Assembly: GCA_964384115.1 (NCBI GenBank)
Contig: CAYLJU010000005.1
Span: 18,199 to 50,198, forward strand
DNA from: an uncultured Muribaculaceae bacterium
Lineage (GTDB): Bacteria; Bacillota_I; Bacilli_A; RF39; UBA660
Length of the DNA stretch: 32,000 nucleotides
Reading direction: 5' to 3'
This document shows positions 9,078-14,935 of the stretch, in pieces; positions within the stretch are counted from its first letter, which is position 1, and each line of letters opens with the position of its first letter. Under the pieces are notes generated by a model. That model saw nothing but the letters and a program-made list of their open reading frames with translations, did not search any database and was not told the DNA's origin. A program made the translations under genes and the position numbers.

Positions 9078-9344
9078 TCACTCATCTTTTTTATTTTCGT
9101 CATCCATAAGTTCTTCGTATCCGTCAAAAAATCTTCTAATGTCAAATTTGTATTTTTGTGCTAGAAAGAATAAGGTATCAAGTGAAATTCCAATATCATA
9201 GTTTGGACTTTCCACGTGCGAAATGAAACTTCTACTCATATCAGCATCCTCTGCCATTTTTTCTTGAGATTTACCAACGAATTCTTTTCTTATGGATTTC
9301 ATGTTTTTTCCTATTAGCGTGAAAAGTTCATAAGTGTCTTTCAT
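9078..9344 (-). CDS. XRE-family HTH regulator
   Basis: KSQEKMAEDADMSRSFISHVES is an HTH_3-like pattern. Confidence 0.7.
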   Translation of the reverse strand: MKDTYELFTLIGKNMKSIRKEFVGKSQEKMAEDADMSRSFISHVESPNYDIGISLDTLFFLAQKYKFDIRRFFDGYEELMDDENKKDE

Positions 9345-9486
9345 CTGCGAATACCTCCTAATACTATTTTATAGGAAATATCGTTTTAATACTGCGCCTT
9401 GATAAGGAGCAAAATAATTAATAAAAAATCAAAAAAGTATGTTATAATTTAATTAGCACGAAAAAAGAATACTTTTTAATGTATTC

Positions 9487-9750
9487 TTATCGTCTAGGAA
9501 TCCGACGATTTTCAACAAAATCTCGTTTTTCAAATAATTGAAATAACTCAACGTCAAGAACAGTTGCGATGTGACCGATATAGTCAATTCGTGTGTTTCT
9601 TTTAGCATTTTCAAGATTAGAAACGTATGTAGGTGTCGTTCCAAGTTTATCTGCGAAATCCTCTTGGGACCAACCATGTTCTAACCTGTAATACACAATA
9701 TTGTTAGCTAAAATCTCACGCGCATAAGGTTTTAGATTAATAGTCATCAC
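9487..9750 (-). CDS. XRE-family HTH regulator
   Basis: LEHGWSQEDFADKLGTTPTYVSNLENAKRN is a canonical HTH_3 pattern. Confidence 0.8.
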   Translation of the reverse strand: MMTINLKPYAREILANNIVYYRLEHGWSQEDFADKLGTTPTYVSNLENAKRNTRIDYIGHIATVLDVELFQLFEKRDFVENRRIPRR

Positions 9751-9910
9751 ATCCTTCCTTTCTTACTACTATTGTAATAAGTTTAGAGAAATCTAACCAT
9801 ACTAACTATGTAGTAAGTTATTAAATTATACTAGAAAGAAAAGCGATTATTTTGGAGAATTTTGTGCTAAAACTAAAAGGTAGATTAACAAATAAAAAAA
9901 GGAGCTAGAG

Positions 9911-10399
9911 ATGAAAAAAGAAAACTTAAATGAATATGTTAATAAAATGTCTGAAGTTTTAGACGAAAAATTTAAAATAATTACCTCAATAGAGTATCAT
10001 TATGATTTAGAAAAAATGATGTCTTTTATGGAAAAATTATCTAACGAAGAAGTTGAAACTGTATTAGAAAATTTGATTAATTCAAAATTAGAAGAAATTA
10101 AAAAATTAGGTGATGAAGATTTATTACAAAAAAATAATAAATTAGTAGATGAAGTCACTGAGTTCTTTTATGACAATGAAGAAGATGGTGTTAGTGGTGA
10201 AGAAGGCAGCTGTATTGCAACTGATCTTATTCTTAAAGTCTTCGGAAAAAATGGTCGTAAAATATCTCTTCCAATTAACATTGAATACATAAAAGACTAT
10301 TGTATTAGTAATGTAGTTGAGGAAAAAGATGTAAGAAAAACATTGATGTGGGTAGCTTTAGAGCTATCAACAGTAAGTTATTTTTTAAATAAAAAATAA
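9911..10399 (+). CDS. hypothetical acidic protein
   Basis: 162-aa ORF with RBS AGGAG upstream. No motif. Confidence 0.5.
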   Translation: MKKENLNEYVNKMSEVLDEKFKIITSIEYHYDLEKMMSFMEKLSNEEVETVLENLINSKLEEIKKLGDEDLLQKNNKLVDEVTEFFYDNEEDGVSGEEGSCIATDLILKVFGKNGRKISLPINIEYIKDYCISNVVEEKDVRKTLMWVALELSTVSYFLNKK

Positions 10400-10408
10400 T
10401 AACTTATG

Positions 10409-10440
10409 AAGTAGTAGTAGTAATTAGCAGTACCTATAAT
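10409..10440 (+). promoter_or_regulatory. AAGTAGTAGTAGTAA TTAGCAGTA cc TATAAT motif (promoter-like), copy 2, upstream of the DGR
   Basis: Same 15-mer plus TTAG(G)CAGTA as at 5066-5098. It ends in a consensus -10 TATAAT (10435-10440). Confidence 0.45.
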
Positions 10441-10522
10441 CTACCTTTTTAAGACACTTCTAATTTCTATGAAGTGTTTTATATTGAAGTAAAACGAGTT
10501 TTATATAGATAGGGGGAATATT

Positions 10523-11107
10523 ATGTTGCAAGTAAGTAGAAATAATAATTTAAAGATTCCCAAACAATTAGAAGATTGCAATGAATGTATTAATAGTAAT
10601 GAAGATAAAGTTGCTGTTAAACAAGCGTTGGCAACTGCACATGATGAAAAATTTAACAAAAAGAAAGTAATGCAATCTGTTGAGGAAGATAAAGAGTTGG
10701 AAAGAGTAAGTCAAATTCCTTCCAATGCTAACGATTTAATGGTAATAACAGTTGTAAAAAAATTAGGAGCATATATAATTGCAATTACAGAAAAGTCACC
10801 AGCTAAATATAGAGGTGTATTTGTTAATAGGATGCAGAATATGTGTTTAGATACTTTAGAAATCTTATTACAGGCAAATTTTGTTAGAATTGACTGTGAA
10901 GAGAGTAAGAGAAAAAGAGAAGAGTATCAAAAAGATGCTATTATCAAGTTAAAGATGTTAGGATACATTTCTATGGTTGCAGAGAATTCAGGTTGTATTT
11001 TAAAAAGACAATTCAAACAAATATCATTACAAATTGGAGAAGCAATTAATTTAGTAGCTGCTTGGAAGAAAAGTGATGATGATAGATGGAGGAAAAGAAC
11101 TAACTAA
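10523..11107 (+). CDS. avd: DGR accessory variability determinant (Avd, four-helix-bundle family) with an N-terminal extension
   Basis: The C-terminal ~120 aa fit the Avd pattern (KYRGVFVNRMQN..LDTLEILLQAN ... ISLQIGEAINLVAAWKKS) with a basic tail. It lies directly 5' of the TR and RT. Confidence 0.75.
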   Translation: MLQVSRNNNLKIPKQLEDCNECINSNEDKVAVKQALATAHDEKFNKKKVMQSVEEDKELERVSQIPSNANDLMVITVVKKLGAYIIAITEKSPAKYRGVFVNRMQNMCLDTLEILLQANFVRIDCEESKRKREEYQKDAIIKLKMLGYISMVAENSGCILKRQFKQISLQIGEAINLVAAWKKSDDDRWRKRTN

Positions 11108-11135
11108 TGGATTTTAAACCGAAAGGTTTTTAATT

Positions 11136-11485
11136 AAGTGGAAGATTTTATTCGTGGCTTGGTCATTTCAGTCGTCGGCTTAGATCGGTGACGGCGACGT
11201 CCGCGGCGTTAACAAAAATGGAAATAGAAACAACAACAACAGGTATAAACGTAATGGCGCCGTTCGCCCAGATTTGCTTTTGAAGAGATTAAATTATTAA
11301 TCTAAAAAACAGGTCAGAGAAATATATTTTAGGTAAAATATATCAGTATTTTAAAGCAAAGGGGTCTTCCACTTTTCTAATCGCTAAGAGAAATTAGTGC
11401 GATGGATAAATAAAAAGCACCCACACGAACAACGATAGGAATATCCTATTTTTGATAGTTATAAGGGGTGCTTTCTTTTATTTTG
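11136..11485 (+). ncRNA. DGR RNA (TR plus structured spacer); bounds approximate
   Basis: A non-coding stretch between avd and RT contains the TR and several hairpins. A 10-bp long-range pairing (11136-11145 with 11365-11374) brackets the TR. A 9-bp stem (11414-11422/11466-11474) plus U-tract lies just before the RT RBS. Confidence 0.6.
11186..11278 (+). repeat. DGR template repeat (TR)
   Basis: 93 nt align without gaps to 12830-12922 (offset 1644). All 10 mismatches are at TR adenines. A-rich AAC/AAT/AAA core between GC-rich flanks. Not within an ORF. Confidence 0.92.
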
Positions 11486-11501
11486 TAAGAGAGGAGCAAG
11501 A

Positions 11502-12521
11502 ATGAGATTAGAAGATATTTTTACTTTTGATAATTTATATAATGCACATAAAAAGTGTAGATGTTCTAAACAACAAAAAGGTGAAGTAATAAGGTTTGAA
11601 GTGAATCTTGCTGAAAACTTATACAAACTTAGAGAAGAAATAATAACAGGGAAATATAAAGTTGGCAAATATAAAGAATTTATAATTTATGAACCTAAAA
11701 AAAGATTGATAGAAGCATTACCATATAGAGATAGAGTATTACTTATGTGTTTCTGTGATAATTCTTTAATACCTAGATTAAATAAAAGGTTAATTAATGA
11801 TAATGTAGCTTGTAGAAAAGGTAAAGGAACACTATATGGAATGAACAGATTAGAATATTTTTTAAAAAAGGAATTTTTTAAAGGAAGAGATAATAACATT
11901 TATTATTTAAAATGTGATATAAGTAAATATTTTCCTAGCATAAATCACAAGATATTATTACAAAAATTAAAGAATATGGGTTTTTCCAAAGAAGAAATGT
12001 GGTTATTAGAAAAAATAATAAAAGAACAACCAAATAATGTAGATAAAGGATTACCATTGGGAAATCAAACAAGTCAATGGTTTGCATTATTATACCTGGA
12101 TAGAATTGACAGATTAATAAAAGAGGAATTGCAAATAAAAGGGTATGTGAGATATATGGATGATTTTATATTAATTCATAGAGATAAAAAATATTTGCAA
12201 TATTGTTTAAATAGAATAAACTTGGTATGTAATGAAGAATTAAAAATAGAACTAAATGCTAAAACACAAATTGGCAAAGTATATAATGGTATTGATTTTT
12301 TGGGATTTAGACACACTTTAACATCAACAGGTAAAGTTATTAGAAAGTTAAGATTATCTTCTAAAAAGAAGATTAGAAGGCATTTAAAGACATTACAAAA
12401 AATGAAAAACAAGGGTATTGTAGATGACAAATATGTTCAAATGAGAAAAAATGCTTTTTATAATCATGTATCTAATTCTGATGAAAATTATTTTAAGATG
12501 CGCCTTAAAGAGGAGCAATGA
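11502..12521 (+). CDS. DGR-type reverse transcriptase
   Basis: 339 aa. PKKRLIEALPYRDRVL, YYLKCDISKYFPSINH, the DGR hallmark LGNQTSQ (12057-12077), and the catalytic YMDD (12153-12164). The size and the adjacent TR fit a DGR RT, not a retron or group II intron RT. Confidence 0.95.
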   Translation: MRLEDIFTFDNLYNAHKKCRCSKQQKGEVIRFEVNLAENLYKLREEIITGKYKVGKYKEFIIYEPKKRLIEALPYRDRVLLMCFCDNSLIPRLNKRLINDNVACRKGKGTLYGMNRLEYFLKKEFFKGRDNNIYYLKCDISKYFPSINHKILLQKLKNMGFSKEEMWLLEKIIKEQPNNVDKGLPLGNQTSQWFALLYLDRIDRLIKEELQIKGYVRYMDDFILIHRDKKYLQYCLNRINLVCNEELKIELNAKTQIGKVYNGIDFLGFRHTLTSTGKVIRKLRLSSKKKIRRHLKTLQKMKNKGIVDDKYVQMRKNAFYNHVSNSDENYFKMRLKEEQ

Positions 12522-12608
12522 TGTAAAAAAATAAAATATTTGTAGAAAAAGTGTTAAATCTAAAGAAAAAACGCCTAAAATATGGTAAAATAATTATGGT
12601 GATGAAAG

Positions 12609-14531
12609 ATGTTTACTAATGAACAATTAACTTTACTAACTGAAGGTCAAGTATGGGGAAATGACCGTGAAAATCAGTTAGAAGTATTAAAAAAATATGG
12701 AACTAGGTCAGCAATAAGTGACTTAGTAGTATTAACAGGAGGATATTGTGAAGATTCTTGTACATATATGGCTCCTGATGATGATACGTTAAAAGGTAGA
12801 GTAGGATGGGCTTATACTCAATCTTCAGACGGTGACGGCGACGTCCGCGGCGTTAACGAAGATGGATATAGTCACTACAACTACAGGTATGGACGTAATG
12901 GCGCCGTTCGCCCAGCTTTGCTATCATCTTCTGTATTCTCTCAAATCTCCCCGAACAGAGTGAGGGGATACAACGGAACTGAAGAAGTTGAATATGGAGA
13001 GTATCCTCAATATGCTCCAGATGGAAGTACACAAAGAAGATTAGAAAGCGAATATCAAAATAGAAGATTACAAACAACTGGAAGAAATTATACTTTTGAT
13101 AGCACTCCATACGATAGATATTCTCAAGGTTTTCAAGCTGTGACTTATGATGAATATGAGTATAGTGGAAAAAAATACATTCGTGTAAAAGCAAATTCTG
13201 ATTACGGTGGAGATAGATTCAAATTATCAAATGGCGAACAATATAGAGATGGTGATTATGTTTGGGTAGAAGTATCACCAGTTAAATGGTTGATAGACGA
13301 TAGAACTAAAACTCTTGTTTCAAAAATAGGACTATTAGCTGGAATAAGATTCCATACAGATCAAAGAAGATATAATGGTGACTTTTCAACAACTGATATG
13401 AAAGAATATCTTGATAGATATATGTCAAAAGATTTGTTTCAAACAGCAACTTTGACAAGAACAGTTGATATGACACCAGAAGAAAAAAAGAAATTTGAAG
13501 AAGACCAAAGAATTGAAGAAAAAAGAAGAAATCCATACGGATTCAATTTTGGACAAGTAAGCGAAGAACAAATAATAAGAGGTGCAATTGAAAGTGGTGT
13601 TGCAGTATTCTTACATGGACAATCATCTGAAGGTAAGAGTGCTAGAGTAAAACAAATTGACCCTGATTGTGTAATAATATATCTTCGTAATGCTACACCA
13701 GAAAGTTTAAATGGTAAGAGCGTATATAATTCTGAAACAGGTGAAATGATTGATGTAAAACCAACTTGGTTGAAGAAATTAGAAGAAAGATGTGAAAAAG
13801 ATCCAGATAAATATCATATAGTTTTCTTGGATGAAATAACTAACGCATTACCTAGTATTCAAGGTATAGCATTTAATATAGTATTAGATAGAGAAGTTAA
13901 TGGAATATGGCAATTACCTGAAAATGCAAGAATAGTTGCAGCAGGTAATGATATGAAAGATTCACTTGCAGCAAATCAATTAGCAGAACCTTTATTTAAT
14001 AGATTTGCTCATGTTTATATTCAAACAACAGTAGAAAGTTGGCTACAATGGGCAAGTGAACATAATATTCATCCAGCAATATATGCTTATATAGCTTATA
14101 AGAAGGGTGAATCATTAAGAAGTAAATATGATGGTGAAAAACCAAATGCAGACCCAAGAAAATGGGAAATGGCATCTAAAATGTTATATGCGACAGGACA
14201 ACCTGAAATGTTAAGAGCATTAGTAGGTGAAGATATAACTAGAGAGTTCTGTCAATTCTGTAATCAAAGAGTTGTGACATTAGAAGATGTTTTAAGTGGA
14301 AATTATACAGAAAGAGATTTACAAATGAATACCTCTGAAAGATATGCGACTACTATTGGATTATCCCAAGTTAGTGAAGCAGATTTTGGTAAAGTAAGAG
14401 AGTTTGTTTCTGGTCTAGGACAAGAATTCTGTGCAGTATTTGATTCACTATGGACACATGGTGATGAAGCAAGAATGGAAGTTGTAGCAGAAGCAAGACT
14501 TGCAAGTACTAAAGGAGGTAGAAGAGTATAA
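12609..14531 (+). CDS. DGR target protein: N-terminal variable ligand-binding domain fused to a MoxR/AAA_5-like ATPase
   Basis: The VR encodes residues ~74-105 (DGDGDVRGVNEDGYSHYNYRYGRNGAVRPALL). Walker A GQSSEGKS (13617-13640), Walker B VFLDE (13821-13835), and the downstream ...AAGND...LFNRF pattern typical of AAA_5. Confidence 0.9.
   Translation: MFTNEQLTLLTEGQVWGNDRENQLEVLKKYGTRSAISDLVVLTGGYCEDSCTYMAPDDDTLKGRVGWAYTQSSDGDGDVRGVNEDGYSHYNYRYGRNGAVRPALLSSSVFSQISPNRVRGYNGTEEVEYGEYPQYAPDGSTQRRLESEYQNRRLQTTGRNYTFDSTPYDRYSQGFQAVTYDEYEYSGKKYIRVKANSDYGGDRFKLSNGEQYRDGDYVWVEVSPVKWLIDDRTKTLVSKIGLLAGIRFHTDQRRYNGDFSTTDMKEYLDRYMSKDLFQTATLTRTVDMTPEEKKKFEEDQRIEEKRRNPYGFNFGQVSEEQIIRGAIESGVAVFLHGQSSEGKSARVKQIDPDCVIIYLRNATPESLNGKSVYNSETGEMIDVKPTWLKKLEERCEKDPDKYHIVFLDEITNALPSIQGIAFNIVLDREVNGIWQLPENARIVAAGNDMKDSLAANQLAEPLFNRFAHVYIQTTVESWLQWASEHNIHPAIYAYIAYKKGESLRSKYDGEKPNADPRKWEMASKMLYATGQPEMLRALVGEDITREFCQFCNQRVVTLEDVLSGNYTERDLQMNTSERYATTIGLSQVSEADFGKVREFVSGLGQEFCAVFDSLWTHGDEARMEVVAEARLASTKGGRRV
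12830..12922 (+). repeat. DGR variable repeat (VR)
   Basis: Counterpart of the TR. The 10 A-to-N differences fall in 9 codons and are all nonsynonymous (K>E, N>D, N>Y, R>S, N>H, N>Y, N>Y, K>G, D>A). Confidence 0.92.
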
Positions 14532-14932
14532 TGAACGAAGCTAAAAGAGAATTGTTAATGGGTTATATTAGAAGTAATGTAGCTCCAATATTAATAGATT
14601 TTGTGGATGGTATAAATATTCCAAATAGTGTTATATTACCAGCAAATTGTAAAATGGAAGATTTAACTGGACATTACATAGAAACTGATTATGTACCACC
14701 AAAATGGATGAATCAAATATTTACAACAAATGCACCAACTATATTGGTTATTGATAAAATTGATAGTATTCCAAAAGATGAACAAACAAAGTTTGTAGAG
14801 ATATTAGAATATAGAAAAGTATCTACGTTTGAACTTCCAAAAAACACAGTAATTATAGTGACTGCAAAAGAAATAAATGAAGGAACAATTAATGAAGAAA
14901 TATATTCATTAGTTGCACATATAAAAGGATAG
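14531..14932 (+). CDS. small protein resembling the Walker-B-to-sensor half of an AAA_5 module (no P-loop)
   Basis: The start overlaps the upstream stop (TAATG). PTILVIDKIDSIPKDEQTKFVEILEYRKVSTFELPKNTVIIVTAKE parallels HIVFLDEITNALPSIQGIAFNIVLDREVNGIWQLPENARIVAAGN in the upstream ATPase. No GK[ST] motif. Confidence 0.6.
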   Translation: MNEAKRELLMGYIRSNVAPILIDFVDGINIPNSVILPANCKMEDLTGHYIETDYVPPKWMNQIFTTNAPTILVIDKIDSIPKDEQTKFVEILEYRKVSTFELPKNTVIIVTAKEINEGTINEEIYSLVAHIKG

Positions 14933-14935
14933 TTT

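Larger units (their letters stand above)
10523..12922 (+). mobile_element. diversity-generating retroelement (avd - TR - spacer - RT, with VR in the next gene)
   Basis: All canonical DGR parts are present and co-oriented. See the component features. Confidence 0.9.

Noticed and set aside
9453-9677. A 74-aa minus-strand ORF overlapping the XRE gene 9487-9750 in another frame.
   Set aside because: The overlapping frame 9487-9750 has a canonical HTH_3 sequence. This alternative frame has no motif.
11459-11668. A minus-strand 69-aa ORF spanning the spacer/RT junction.
   Set aside because: It is a shadow ORF opposite the RT N-terminus and the structured spacer, with no independent support.
11502-12521. 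The reverse transcriptase might be a retron, a group II intron or an Abi-type RT.
   Set aside because: It has the DGR-specific LGNQTSQ motif. It has no maturase/endonuclease extension and no intron-like boundaries. There is no msr/msd-type inverted-repeat arrangement. It sits next to an Avd gene and a TR/VR pair with A-only differences.
12853-13194. A minus-strand 113-aa ORF overlapping the VR region.
   Set aside because: It is antisense to a well-supported gene with conserved motifs. It has no RBS, and its composition is typical of a shadow ORF in AT-rich DNA.
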